A DNA stretch of 64,000 nucleotides from Candidatus Fervidifonticultor sextus (GTDB taxonomy: Bacteria > Sysuimicrobiota > Sysuimicrobiia > Sysuimicrobiales > Humicultoraceae). Shown in pieces: positions 25,182 to 35,026 of the stretch (its first letter is position 1; each line of letters opens with the position of its first letter). The stretch lies in NCBI GenBank assembly GCA_031459875.1, contig JAVKHQ010000001.1:224001-288000 (forward strand), read 5' to 3'. The translations under genes and the position numbers were made by a program. Below the pieces are notes generated by a model, which made no database searches, was not told where the DNA came from, and saw only the letters and a list, made by a program, of their open reading frames with translations.

Positions 25182-27416
25182 TCACTCCTTTACCGAATAT
25201 CCGGGGCGTCCGGCTTCCTGTGGAGCGGACGCGCCCGTCCTTCCGCTTGAATTCGGTGCGGGGGCTCCCCCTGCCTCCAGACGGACCAGCCGGCTGAAGT
25301 CGGCAATCTGCAGGAACGTAGCGGTGATCTCGCGCAGCAGCGCCAGGCGGTTCCCCCGGACCGCCGGCGCGGGGGCCATGACCAGCACCTCGTCGAAGAA
25401 CCGGTCGATCGGGTCGGCCAGCTGCGCCAGGATTTCGAGGGCCTCCATGTAGCGGCGCTCGCGCTCACCCGCCCCCTCCCGCGTCCCCGCCGCCTCCGGG
25501 ACCAACGCCCGGGCGATCTCCGCGTTGGCGTGCTGCCACGCCTGGTAGAGCGCCACTTCGGCCGGCTCGGTCAGTTTCGACTCGTCCACCGCCGGAGCCG
25601 GAGCGCCCTGGCCGAGAATCCGCGAGGCGCGTGCGAACCCCGTGGCCAGCCGGGCCATGACCGGATCCCCGCGCATCCGGTGCAGCGCGCGGACGCGGGC
25701 GGCCAGATCCGTCACCCGGTCGCCGCGGGTCGCGAAGACGGCATCTACCGCATCGTAGGCCATCCCCTGGTCGAGCAGCGACCCGCGGAACCGCTGTAGC
25801 ACGAACTCTGCGCAGGCGCGCGCCATCGGGCCCCCGGTCTCTGCGGGGGCCTCGAAGGTCCCCACCGCGGTGGTGAAGAGGTCGCCCAGTCCTACCGGCA
25901 GATCGTGTGCCAGCAGCACGGCGGCGATCCCCGAGGCCGCGCGGCGCAGGCCGTAGGGGTCCTGGGACCCGGTCGGCTCCAGGCCGGCCAGCAGCGCGCC
26001 CGCCAGCAGCACGGCCCGATCGGCCACGGCCAGCAGCGCGCCCGCCAGCGTCTGTGGAGGCGTCCCGCCCGCCGCCTTCGGCCAGTAGTGCTGCTCGACG
26101 GCGCTGGCCACGTCTGCGGGTTCGCCCCGCTCCAGCGCGTAGATCCGCCCCATGGTGCCCTGGAGGTCGGGGAACTCGCGGACCATGGCGGTCACCAGGT
26201 CCGCCTTGCACAGGCGCGCCGCCCGCTCGACCGTCTGCCGCCCCGTCTCGTCCAGTCCGACGACCCCGGCCAGCCAGGCTGCGACGCGCTCGAGGCGCCG
26301 GACGTGGTCGGCCATGGAGCCGAGCCCCTCGACGTGCGCCAGACGGGCCAGTTCGCCGATCCACGCATCAAAGTGGCTCCGGCGGTCCTCCTCGAGGAAG
26401 AACCGGGCGTCTTCGAGCCTGGCCCGCACCACCCACTCGTGGCCGGTCCGCACCGAGTCCAGGTGCGCGGTGCCGCCGTCGCGGACCGCGATGAAGGCGG
26501 GCAGCAGATCACCCGCCGGACTCTCGACCCCGAAGCACTTCTGGTGGTGTTGCAGGGTGACCAGCACCACCTCGCGGGGGAGTGCCGCGGACAGCGCCGG
26601 GTCGAAGGTGCCGAGCAGCGGCGTGGGATGCTCGGTGGACCAGACGAGTTCGTCCAGCAGCGCCTCGTCCAGGACCGGTCGCCCGCCGACGCCGCCGGCC
26701 AGGGCGCCGGCGCCGTCGGCGATGCGCCTGCGGCGCTGCTCGGGATCCAGCAGCACGTGGGCCCGTCGGATGGCCGCCGGGTACGCCCTGGCCCCCCGGA
26801 CCGTCACCGGGCCGGGGGCGAGGAACCGATGGCCTCGGGTCCGTCGGCCCGCCCTCACCCCGGCCACCGCCAGGGGAATGAGGCGGTCGCCCAACAGGGC
26901 CACGACCCACCGGATGGGCCGTCCGAAGCGGAAGCCGTGAGATGCCCACCGCATGCTCTTGGGAAACGAGAGGCCCGCGATCACGCGCGGCAGGATCTCG
27001 GCCAGGACCACGTAGGAGGGACGGCCGGCCTCCCTGACCTCGGCGGTCACATAGCGGCCCCCCTCGAGGTCCCGAACCTTCAGAGCCTCCACCGCCACCC
27101 CCTGCGATCGGGCGAATCCCACCGCGGCCTGCGTCGGCGCACCGGCCGCATCGTAGGCGATCCGGGCGGCGGGTCCGCGCACGATGGTCAGACGGTCAGC
27201 CTGGCGGGACGCCACGCCCTCGGCCATCAGGACCAGCCGGCGCACGGTGCCGGTGGTCTGTACCGCCCCCGCTGCGATGCGCGCCTCGCGCAGCGCCGCG
27301 CGTGTCTCCCGCGCCAACTGCTCCAGCACCGGTGCCACCGAGCCGGGCGGGAGCTCCTCGGTCCCGATCTCGACGAGCAGGGCGGCCGGCGCGCCCGACA
27401 CGCGGCGCCTAGGCAA
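25182..27416 (-). CDS. glyS: glycine--tRNA ligase beta subunit
   Basis: [27 protein letters not shown]...[23 protein letters not shown]; start TTG27416 or GTG27401. Confidence 0.94.
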   Translation of the reverse strand: MPRRRVSGAPAALLVEIGTEELPPGSVAPVLEQLARETRAALREARIAAGAVQTTGTVRRLVLMAEGVASRQADRLTIVRGPAARIAYDAAGAPTQAAVGFARSQGVAVEALKVRDLEGGRYVTAEVREAGRPSYVVLAEILPRVIAGLSFPKSMRWASHGFRFGRPIRWVVALLGDRLIPLAVAGVRAGRRTRGHRFLAPGPVTVRGARAYPAAIRRAHVLLDPEQRRRRIADGAGALAGGVGGRPVLDEALLDELVWSTEHPTPLLGTFDPALSAALPREVVLVTLQHHQKCFGVESPAGDLLPAFIAVRDGGTAHLDSVRTGHEWVVRARLEDARFFLEEDRRSHFDAWIGELARLAHVEGLGSMADHVRRLERVAAWLAGVVGLDETGRQTVERAARLCKADLVTAMVREFPDLQGTMGRIYALERGEPADVASAVEQHYWPKAAGGTPPQTLAGALLAVADRAVLLAGALLAGLEPTGSQDPYGLRRAASGIAAVLLAHDLPVGLGDLFTTAVGTFEAPAETGGPMARACAEFVLQRFRGSLLDQGMAYDAVDAVFATRGDRVTDLAARVRALHRMRGDPVMARLATGFARASRILGQGAPAPAVDESKLTEPAEVALYQAWQHANAEIARALVPEAAGTREGAGERERRYMEALEILAQLADPIDRFFDEVLVMAPAPAVRGNRLALLREITATFLQIADFSRLVRLEAGGAPAPNSSGRTGASAPQEAGRPGYSVKE

Positions 27417-28323
27417 CGCCCCCGCCTCCGGCGGGCTCGCCCCCTGACTGGCGGACCGGCGGTGCACCCTGCTGCAGGTACGCCACCGCCGCCCCCCGCG
27501 CCAGCGCCCGGATCCGGCCCATCAGTTCCACGCGCTGCGTCACGCTGACGGCGCCGCGCGCGTCCAGCAGGTTGAACAGGTGCGAGCACTTCAGCACGGC
27601 GTCGTAGGCCGGCAGGACGAGCGGGATCTCCAGCAGCCGACGCGCCTCGGCCTCGTGGGCCTCGAACAGCCTCCGCAGCGCCTCCGGATCGCCGTACTCG
27701 AATCCATACGTCGAGTGCTGTCGCTCTTCGTCCCTCCGCAGGGAACCGTAGGTCACGCCGGGCGCCCACTCCACCTCGAAGACCGACGTCTTGCGCTGGA
27801 GGTACATCGCCAGCCGCTCCAGGCCGTAGGTGAGCTCGACCGAGACCGGGTCCAGGTCCAGCCCGCCCATCTGCTGGAAATACGTGAACTGCGTGATCTC
27901 CTGGCCGTCCAGAAAGACCTGCCACCCGACACCCCACGCCCCGAGGGTCGGCGCCTCCCAGTCGTCCTCCAGAAAGCGCACGTCGTGGTGCTCCAGGACC
28001 AGGCCCAGACGCTCCAGGCTCTTCAGGTAGAGGTCTTGAACGTCGTCGGGCGCCGGCTTGAGGATCACCTGATACTGGTAGTGTTTGTAGAGCCGGTTGG
28101 GATTCTCCCCGTAGCGGCCGTCGGCGGGTCGGCGGCTGGGCTGCACGTAGGCGACCCGCCAGGGCTGGGGCCCGAGCGTGCGCAGGAACGTGGCCGGGTG
28201 GAACGTACCGGCGCCCACCTCCACATCGTAGGCTTCTTCCAGCACGCAGCCCTGACCGGCCCAGAACCGGTCCAGGGCCAGGATCGTGTCTTGAAAGGTC
28301 AGGACCTTGTCGCGTTTAGGCAT
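27409..28323 (-). CDS. glyQ: glycine--tRNA ligase alpha subunit
   Basis: [38 protein letters not shown]. Confidence 0.97.
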   Translation of the reverse strand: MPKRDKVLTFQDTILALDRFWAGQGCVLEEAYDVEVGAGTFHPATFLRTLGPQPWRVAYVQPSRRPADGRYGENPNRLYKHYQYQVILKPAPDDVQDLYLKSLERLGLVLEHHDVRFLEDDWEAPTLGAWGVGWQVFLDGQEITQFTYFQQMGGLDLDPVSVELTYGLERLAMYLQRKTSVFEVEWAPGVTYGSLRRDEERQHSTYGFEYGDPEALRRLFEAHEAEARRLLEIPLVLPAYDAVLKCSHLFNLLDARGAVSVTQRVELMGRIRALARGAAVAYLQQGAPPVRQSGGEPAGGGGVA

Positions 28324-28346
28324 CGGTCGCGAACCGTGCACACAAC

Positions 28347-28376
28347 AAAAGAGCGCCGTCTCAGGGACGGGCGCTC
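28347..28376 (-). terminator. T-box attenuator terminator
   Basis: GAGCGCCCGTC-cctga-GACGGCGCTC-TTTT. Confidence 0.8.
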
Positions 28377-28562
28377 CGCGGTTCCACCCTGATTCCCGCG
28401 GCACGCCTCGCACCGCGGGCTCTCGCTCCGCGCTCTCGGGCGGATCCCGGCAGGGGCATTGACCTGCGGCTTGGGAGCGCCGTTCACCGCGCCCCGCGCC
28501 CGTTCCCACCACCCACGGGCTCTCTCAAGCGGTTTGGCGGCTACTCCTCTCCCGCATCGCCG
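28347..28562 (-). ncRNA. glycyl T-box riboswitch leader
   Basis: T-box AATCAGGGTGGAACCGCG (28377-28394); stem I with AGTA/GAA, AGAGA and GGTGGGA motifs; GGC specifier at 28479-28481; terminator follows. Confidence 0.9.
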
Positions 28563-28582
28563 TGCGTGATACAGCCTGGGCC

Positions 28583-28611
28583 ATTCTAGCAACCGGGACC
28601 GGCGCGGTCAA
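28583..28611 (-). promoter_or_regulatory. glyQS sigma70 promoter
   Basis: TTGACC-17bp-TAGAAT just upstream of the T-box leader. Confidence 0.75.
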
Positions 28612-28838
28612 CGCGCAAGCGACGCCCAGGGGCACACTCACGAGCGGCGCACTCTGGTTCGCTCGCAGAGGGGCGTCTCGAATCTCGTTCATCGCCTGTT
28701 TCCAAGCCACCCGCCGTTCCGGGAGCGCCCCCTGGCTGCGCAGGCGTCCCGGCCGCGGTTCGAGATCCACCACCGGCTGGTGACGCAGCGAGCTCAACAG
28801 CGCTTGCCGCCACATCGCCGTGTGCGGTCATCAATTGG

Positions 28839-29591
28839 TCAAGACCGGCCCCGTTGAAGAACAGCCTGCGTCTGCCGCGTGAGACGCATGCCCAGATCGT
28901 GCAGGTCGCGGAAGCCTTCCGGCGACGGGAGGTTAATCTCGCTGGCCAAAAGCCGCAGATTCGGGCCTCCGGCCCAGACTCGGAGAGATCCGCCCTGGTT
29001 GGCATGCCACCGTTTGATCACAGCGATGACCTCATCTGACACAATCTCCAGTGCCACACGGGCATCGTCGGCGAACACGCGGTAGCCTTCCGGAAGCCTT
29101 CCGACGGCTGTGGTCACCTCTCGTGCGGTCCGGGCAAAGGCGATGACAGGCGGAAGCCGAACCGCGGTCCTCTGTCCGGCTGCGACGGGCCAGGACCCGG
29201 GAGTGACGCCTGCTGTGGGATCAACATCAAGTCGGTACCCGGACCCGGCCAGCCAGCCCCACGCCGACTCGCTCGTCTTGATATCGTTGCCGACGATCGC
29301 GAGCACATGTTCCGAGCGCACCGAGTCGGTCGTCCAAATCAACGTCGTGCGGCGGGGTGTCTCGGCGTCGTCCACACTGACGACACGAAGCGTCCACTCG
29401 ACGCCGTCCGTGGCGCCCGCGTACCGGGCGACCTCGCCCTCTCGGAACGGCTCTGTGACCCGTCCGCCCATGGCAAGGGCCCGTGCCGCGTGTATGGTAT
29501 GCTCCTTCCCCCGGGTCGCGCCTCTCCATCGCGCCAGCATGATCACGGCGATGACGACGACAATGAGAATTTCTACCAGCCCGAGCGACAC
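28839..29591 (-). CDS. hypothetical single-pass membrane protein (island)
   Basis: N-terminal TM GLVEILIVVVIAVIMLA followed by a ~220-aa alpha/beta domain; start uncertain. Confidence 0.6.
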   Translation of the reverse strand: MSLGLVEILIVVVIAVIMLARWRGATRGKEHTIHAARALAMGGRVTEPFREGEVARYAGATDGVEWTLRVVSVDDAETPRRTTLIWTTDSVRSEHVLAIVGNDIKTSESAWGWLAGSGYRLDVDPTAGVTPGSWPVAAGQRTAVRLPPVIAFARTAREVTTAVGRLPEGYRVFADDARVALEIVSDEVIAVIKRWHANQGGSLRVWAGGPNLRLLASEINLPSPEGFRDLHDLGMRLTRQTQAVLQRGRS

Positions 29592-29635
29592 GCCAGAACG
29601 GCCACGGCGACCCTCATTCTGGATGCCGGCCCGTA

Positions 29636-30862
29636 CTACCGCCCGGTCACGACGGTGATCGACGAACCCGGGCTTCCGGCACCAGGAGGAGTAATCGGGG
29701 ACGGTGTCTGCCACGGTCCAACGGCCCAGTTCGTGGCGATGGCACCGTCGGACCCTTGGTAGAAGACGTGCAACTGGTCACGGCGCAACACGGCTGCAAG
29801 ACGGGATCCGGCCCCGGCCGCACCCGCCGGCGTGATAGCGAAAGGCTTCGCCCACGGCCCGACGGCCCATGTCGTTGCGATCGCGCCGTCGCGAGCGATG
29901 TAGAACACGTGGAGTTGGTCGCCGCCACGGACCACGGCCGCCAGCGGCGAGTCCCCACGGGCTGCGCCGGGCGGGGTGATAGGGAACGGACTTGCCCAGG
30001 AGTGCTGACCATCCTTCCAGGTCGTCGCGACCGCGCTGTCGGGGCGCACGAAGAACACGTGAAGCTGGTCGTTCCCACGGGTCAGCACCGCAATCGGCGT
30101 CTGCGGGTTTCCCACACCGGGCGGAACAATCGGCTGCCGCCCTGTCGTCTTCTGGAGGGGGTTGACAGGGCGGCAGCTCAGGATGTCGATAGACCAGTCC
30201 TCAACGAGTGCGCCGTCGACGGCCTGGTAGAACACGCTCCACCCGCAGGGGTTCGGGATGAAGGCCAAGCCGGAACCGTTCCCCACCGAGCTGGCCGAAA
30301 CGACTTCCAAAGCATACACATGAGAGGCCGTGGCGGTCACGGGCTGCTCATCCATACCTGCGACTGAGTTGCGCGGGGTGACGAAGAATATCCAGCCGCG
30401 GCGGCCCCACTTGGCAGCCGTCAGCGGTGAGTCGCCGCGCACGAGGCCAACCTGTGTAATGGCGTTCGCTCTCCACTGGCGACCGACCTGCATCGCGCTC
30501 CCAATCGCGCCGTCGGGCTGGACGTAGAAGGCTTGCAAGAAGCCCTGTTCGTTGACCGCCGCGGCGATTGGCGAGTTTGGCCTCCCCGCGCCGGGCGGGG
30601 CAATCTGGGACGGCGTGCTCCATGGCCCCACGGCCCAGTTCATGCCCAGGGCACCGTTGGGGGCCTGATAGAAGACGTCGAGTTCGTCAGGGTTCCTGGT
30701 CAGGGTGCGCTCGATACGACCTCCCGGGAGGCCAGGCGCGGCCGCCGCAGCAATGACCGTCGCATCCGTGCTCTTCTTCGCCATCCCCGCCGGAGAGAGC
30801 AGTATCGAGGTCACGACAAGAGCGACTACCCCGATCTTCATGGCGCCGGCTTGGAGGAGCAT
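29636..30862 (-). CDS. secreted 7-repeat beta-propeller lectin-like protein
   Basis: signal peptide; seven LHVFYxxPDGAIATxW...W..P.PITPPGA repeats; AAAGGAGAG RBS. Confidence 0.75.
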   Translation of the reverse strand: MLLQAGAMKIGVVALVVTSILLSPAGMAKKSTDATVIAAAAAPGLPGGRIERTLTRNPDELDVFYQAPNGALGMNWAVGPWSTPSQIAPPGAGRPNSPIAAAVNEQGFLQAFYVQPDGAIGSAMQVGRQWRANAITQVGLVRGDSPLTAAKWGRRGWIFFVTPRNSVAGMDEQPVTATASHVYALEVVSASSVGNGSGLAFIPNPCGWSVFYQAVDGALVEDWSIDILSCRPVNPLQKTTGRQPIVPPGVGNPQTPIAVLTRGNDQLHVFFVRPDSAVATTWKDGQHSWASPFPITPPGAARGDSPLAAVVRGGDQLHVFYIARDGAIATTWAVGPWAKPFAITPAGAAGAGSRLAAVLRRDQLHVFYQGSDGAIATNWAVGPWQTPSPITPPGAGSPGSSITVVTGR

Positions 30863-30876
30863 CGGCGACTCTCCTT

Positions 30877-32136
30877 TCACTTGCCCGTCACCGCGACAAT
30901 CGGGGAGCCTGAGCTTCCCGCTCCCGGCGGCGTGATGGGCAAGGGCGTCTGCCACGGTCCCGATGGATACGGCAGCGGCGCCACGGCCCAGGTCGTCGCC
31001 AGCGCTCCGTCGGGCCCCTGGTAGAAAACGTGCAACTGGTCGTCGCGGTGCTCGACCGCTGCTATCCGGGAGCCTCGCCCGGCCGCGCCCGGCGGCGTGA
31101 TGAGGAAGGGCGTCCGCCAGGGATACAGTGGTCCGATTATCACATTGGCCCTCACCATCGAGGTCGTCGCCAGGGAGCCATCGGAACTCACATAGAAGAC
31201 GTGGATCACCTCGTCGCGATGAATGGCCGCTGCTAGCGGCGAATCGCCGCGAGATGCGCCAGGCGGTGTGATTGTGACCGGCGCAATACGGAAGAGCTCG
31301 TCAGTTCCATACGTCGTTGCGACAGCGTTGTCGGGCTGCACAAAGAAGACGTGGACCTGGGTATTGTTGCGGGTTAGCGACGCGATCGGCGACCGCGGAG
31401 CCGCCACAAACGGTGGGGCGATTTGGACTGGCGACTGCCATCCCGGCGCTGCCACGCGTGGTGCAAATCGGGCCCCCACCGGCACAAAGAAAACGTCCAC
31501 GATCGCTCCGGTGGTCGTCTGGTAGAACACGTGCCACTCGTTGTTGCGGCGCAGGGCCGCGGCAAGATCGGTGCCGTTGCCCGCCGAGCCGGCCGGCGTG
31601 ATCGCCTCAGCGGTCACGTGGGGGATCGCATCGGTCACCAGGCCCGCGAATATCCTCGAGACTGAGCCGTTCGGGGCGACGAAGAACACGCTGATCTCCC
31701 TGCCGAGCCTGACGGCTGCCAGCGGCGAGTCGACGCGCACGAGGCCGGGCTGTGTGATGGCGCTCGCCCTCCACCGGCCACCGCCGACCTGCATCACGCT
31801 CCCAATCGCGCCGTCGGGCTGGACGTAGAAGGCCTGAAACATGCCCTCCCTGTTGATCGCAGCAGCGATGGGCGAGTCCGGCCTCGCCTCGCCGCGCGGC
31901 GTAATCGACGTGGGCGCAAACCATGGCCCCCCCACTGTCGAGTTCGTGGCGAGCGAGCCATCAGGTCCCCGATAGAAGACGCGACGTTCATCGGGGCCTG
32001 GAGCCAGGTTGCGGCCGAGCCCCCGGGGCTCGAGACCGGGCTGAGTCACGGCGGCTCGGATTGCGCCCCCCTGCGCGGCGACCAAAGCCCAGAAGAGCAT
32101 GGAGGTCACAGCGAGCAGACGCACCCCGGTCTTCAT
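30877..32136 (-). CDS. secreted 7-repeat beta-propeller lectin-like protein (paralogue)
   Basis: signal peptide MKTGVRLLAVTSMLFWALVAA; seven repeats; ATGA overlap with upstream gene. Confidence 0.75.
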   Translation of the reverse strand: MKTGVRLLAVTSMLFWALVAAQGGAIRAAVTQPGLEPRGLGRNLAPGPDERRVFYRGPDGSLATNSTVGGPWFAPTSITPRGEARPDSPIAAAINREGMFQAFYVQPDGAIGSVMQVGGGRWRASAITQPGLVRVDSPLAAVRLGREISVFFVAPNGSVSRIFAGLVTDAIPHVTAEAITPAGSAGNGTDLAAALRRNNEWHVFYQTTTGAIVDVFFVPVGARFAPRVAAPGWQSPVQIAPPFVAAPRSPIASLTRNNTQVHVFFVQPDNAVATTYGTDELFRIAPVTITPPGASRGDSPLAAAIHRDEVIHVFYVSSDGSLATTSMVRANVIIGPLYPWRTPFLITPPGAAGRGSRIAAVEHRDDQLHVFYQGPDGALATTWAVAPLPYPSGPWQTPLPITPPGAGSSGSPIVAVTGK

Positions 32137-34418
32137 CGGCCCGTCACCGCGACGATCGGCGAGCCCGGGCTTCCCGCGCCTGGCGGCGTGATCGGGAAGG
32201 GCGTCTGCCACGGACCCACCGCCCAGTTCGTGGCGATGGTACCATCGGAGCCCTGGTAGAACACGTGCAACTGATCACGGCGCACGACAGCACCGAGGCC
32301 GGATCTCGGCCCGGCCGCGCCCGGCGGCGTAATGGCAAAAGGCTTCGCCCACGGCCCGACGGCCCAGTTCGTCGCCAGGGCCCCGTCGGGGCCGATATAG
32401 AAGATGTGCAACTGGTCGCCGCCGCGAACAACGGCGGCGAGCGGTGAATCGTTTCGAGCTGCGCCCGGCGGGGTAATGGGGAACGGCGCGGCCCAGGGAC
32501 GGTCGGCGCTCCACGTGGTCGCGACGGCGCCATCAGGCCCGATGTAGAAAGCATGAAGTTGGCCCGCGCGGAGCGCAACCGCGATCGGCGAGCCGGAACG
32601 TCCTGCTCCCGGCGGCGTGATCGGGAACGGCCGCTGCCACGGTCCTACCGCCCAGTTCGTGGCAATGGCGCCGTCGGGCCCCTGGTAGAACACATGCAAC
32701 TGGTCGGGTCCTCGCAGGACTGCCCGCAACTGAGACCCGGGCCCGGCGGCACCGGATGGCGTGATCGGGAAGGGCGTCTGCCACGACCCGACGGCCCAGT
32801 TGGTCGCCACGGCGCCGTCTGGGGCGATGTAGAAGACATGGAGTTGGTCGCCGCCGCGGACAACAGCAGCCAGGGGCGAATCTGCACGAGCCGTGCCCGG
32901 CGGCGTGATGGCGACCGGAGCCGTCCACGGACGGCGAGGGTCACTCCAGGTCGTCGCGATCGCGCCGTCGGGCTGGACGAAGAACGCGTGGATCTGCGCT
33001 CCACGGTTCACGACGGTTATCGGCGTGTTCGGCCGTCCCGCGCCGGGCGGCGTGACCGGCTCAGGCGTCTGCCAGGGCCCGACGGCCCAGTTTGTGGCGA
33101 TCGCGCCGTCACGCCCCTGGTAAAAGACGTGAAGCTCATCCGGACTCCCGGCCACGTTGCGCTCGAGTCTACCGCTGAACGGGCCGGGGCGGGCCACGGC
33201 CTCGCTGGTGATCCACTCAATCCTCACGCTCGTCGCACCTGGATTGAAGGTCCCAACCCGGATCGTGGTGCGGGTCATGCTGCCGTCGTGCCACCGCAGC
33301 GTCGGCGTCGTAGTCCTGCTGCCCCAGAGCATGTTGCCGCCTCGCCGGAGCGTCGGCGCGGCTTCAAGGTACACCCCAAGATGATTGCCCTCACCGCCGG
33401 TGAGGTTGGGAACCGTGGCGGGATTCTTGTCGCGGTCGTGAAGCACATGCCAGATGGCCACACCCTCGCCGCACACGTTCCGGTCGTAGTGGAACCCCGG
33501 TTGCCCTGGCGCGCGGTACTCCACGATGAAGTACTCGTTCGGGCCCCGCGCCGGATCGTAGAGGATCACCGCCGAGTCCGTGGCCACATTGTTCGCCTGC
33601 AGGGTCTCGCTCCCTGAAGCCGCCAGCGAGCGGATGCGAGGCTCCGCCCAGCCGAGTTGGAGCTTGTGCCACGGATCGAGGTGGACCGATTCGCGCCCGT
33701 CGGCGCCTCCGATCATCGGCCCCATCAATGTACAGCCTGCGTTGAGATTGTCGTTCGTCCCCCAGCGACCATAGAGATCCTTGGTGCCAAGGAAGTGACT
33801 CAGTTCGTGAGCGAGCAGAAACAGATTCGGCCGGTCCCCGACCAGCAGAACTGTCACGCACACTGAGACAGACGAACTGCCTGCCTTGATGCAGGCCGGA
33901 TCAGTCCCTCTCGCGGCCCCGCTAGGGTAGCTCTCGATGATGAGAACCGCGAGCTCGCTTGCGGTCACTCTCCCGTCCCTGTTCGCGTCGAACGGCGCGA
34001 AGTCGAACCCGGACATCACCGCAGCCTCGATGACTCGCGCCGGCCGCTTGTTGTCGTTGGTCTCCTGGCCCACGGCCGCTGGGAGTTGAAGGGGACCGAT
34101 AATCCCTTGACCCGCACGCGACCAGAAGAAGCGCCCTCTCGAGTTCTCGAGGAAGTAGCCGTTCACGCTCGGGGGGCGCAACTGGTTGAAGACCAGTTCG
34201 TCGTAGAAGGCGTTGGTGTGAGCCAGCGGCGGCCGGCCCGCGTACTGTGCCGTGATCACGAGCAGGGAAACGCTTGAAGGCGGCTTCATCTTCTCGTGCC
34301 CGAAGTCGCGCAGTGTGAACTCAGGCGCACCTTCTGCGGGCACGAGCGCGAGCACGAGCGCGGCCGCGACGACGAGGGCGAGGGCCCAGATCTTCGTGAA
34401 GACCGCTTTCTGAGACAT
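32133..34418 (-). CDS. secreted M6-family-like metalloprotease fused to a 7-repeat propeller
   Basis: signal peptide; SVNGYFLENSRG, DANRDGRVTASE, HELSHFLGTKDLY, CTLMG, HLDPWHKLQLGW, EYFIVEYR, GVAIWHV; seven C-terminal repeats. Confidence 0.82.
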   Translation of the reverse strand: MSQKAVFTKIWALALVVAAALVLALVPAEGAPEFTLRDFGHEKMKPPSSVSLLVITAQYAGRPPLAHTNAFYDELVFNQLRPPSVNGYFLENSRGRFFWSRAGQGIIGPLQLPAAVGQETNDNKRPARVIEAAVMSGFDFAPFDANRDGRVTASELAVLIIESYPSGAARGTDPACIKAGSSSVSVCVTVLLVGDRPNLFLLAHELSHFLGTKDLYGRWGTNDNLNAGCTLMGPMIGGADGRESVHLDPWHKLQLGWAEPRIRSLAASGSETLQANNVATDSAVILYDPARGPNEYFIVEYRAPGQPGFHYDRNVCGEGVAIWHVLHDRDKNPATVPNLTGGEGNHLGVYLEAAPTLRRGGNMLWGSRTTTPTLRWHDGSMTRTTIRVGTFNPGATSVRIEWITSEAVARPGPFSGRLERNVAGSPDELHVFYQGRDGAIATNWAVGPWQTPEPVTPPGAGRPNTPITVVNRGAQIHAFFVQPDGAIATTWSDPRRPWTAPVAITPPGTARADSPLAAVVRGGDQLHVFYIAPDGAVATNWAVGSWQTPFPITPSGAAGPGSQLRAVLRGPDQLHVFYQGPDGAIATNWAVGPWQRPFPITPPGAGRSGSPIAVALRAGQLHAFYIGPDGAVATTWSADRPWAAPFPITPPGAARNDSPLAAVVRGGDQLHIFYIGPDGALATNWAVGPWAKPFAITPPGAAGPRSGLGAVVRRDQLHVFYQGSDGTIATNWAVGPWQTPFPITPPGAGSPGSPIVAVTGR

Positions 34419-34533
34419 GGCGACTGTCTGGCCTTCGTGTGAGGTGCGCCGCGAGGGGTCGATCAAGGGCGAAGGCAAACGAGCGCTCCTGGGCGATCGC
34501 CGCGACTGGCTGGACCAGGGGGCCGAAGGCATT

Positions 34534-34911
34534 CTAACGCCCAAGGAATAGCGCGGCAGGCCCGCTAATGCTCGTGCTGGGGCCCCCGATCGTGCGGATC
34601 GGCGCGACGTTCCCGTTCGCGCCGGGGGCGAAGACCGTCACGGTGTTGGTAGCAAGGTTGGTCACATAGATGTTCCCGGCCGTGTCCTGTTCGACGTCCC
34701 GGGGGGTGCTGAGACCCGTATTCGCGCCGCCGATCGTCCGAACCGGGGGTGCGTTCCCGCTCGCCATCGCGTCGTACACGGTTATCGTACTGGGGAGGGA
34801 ATTGGCAACGTAAAGCATGGTGGCGCTTGGAACCTGGAGCGTCACCAAACCACACGCCGAGGCCAGAAGTGCGCTTACGGCCAGCAGGGTTACCCTGCGC
34901 ATCTTGCCCAT
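34534..34911 (-). CDS. small lipoprotein with two NHL/YVTN-like blades
   Basis: lipobox LASAC; two copies of (L/I)YV.N....(I/V)TV(Y/F)...A.GN..P.RTIGG..T..S.P. Confidence 0.75.
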   Translation of the reverse strand: MGKMRRVTLLAVSALLASACGLVTLQVPSATMLYVANSLPSTITVYDAMASGNAPPVRTIGGANTGLSTPRDVEQDTAGNIYVTNLATNTVTVFAPGANGNVAPIRTIGGPSTSISGPAALFLGR

Positions 34912-34975
34912 GGGCTCACCACCCCCCATCGGGTCCTTTTCACTGAGAGGAGCATAGGATGCTGCGGCGGCTGGT

Positions 34976-34997
34976 GCATCGCCCGGTTCGGGCCATT
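34976..34997. repeat. 22-bp box, copy 1 (putative activator site)
   Basis: GCATCGCCCGGTTCGGGCCATT, identical to 37969-37990; 19 bp upstream of TATGCT on the minus strand. Confidence 0.85.
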
Positions 34998-35026
34998 CTC
35001 CCCAGGAGGGGACGGGCGGGCGAGCG

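Noticed and set aside
28525..29005. Small ORFs 28525-28815 and 28586-29005
   Set aside because: They overlap the glyQS promoter, the T-box or the neighbouring gene, and have no clear RBS or protein-like motifs.
29636..33180. Repeats as a CRISPR array or a diversity-generating retroelement
   Set aside because: The repeats are in-frame, degenerate protein blades. There are no spacers, cas genes or reverse transcriptase in the window, and no separate non-coding template repeat.
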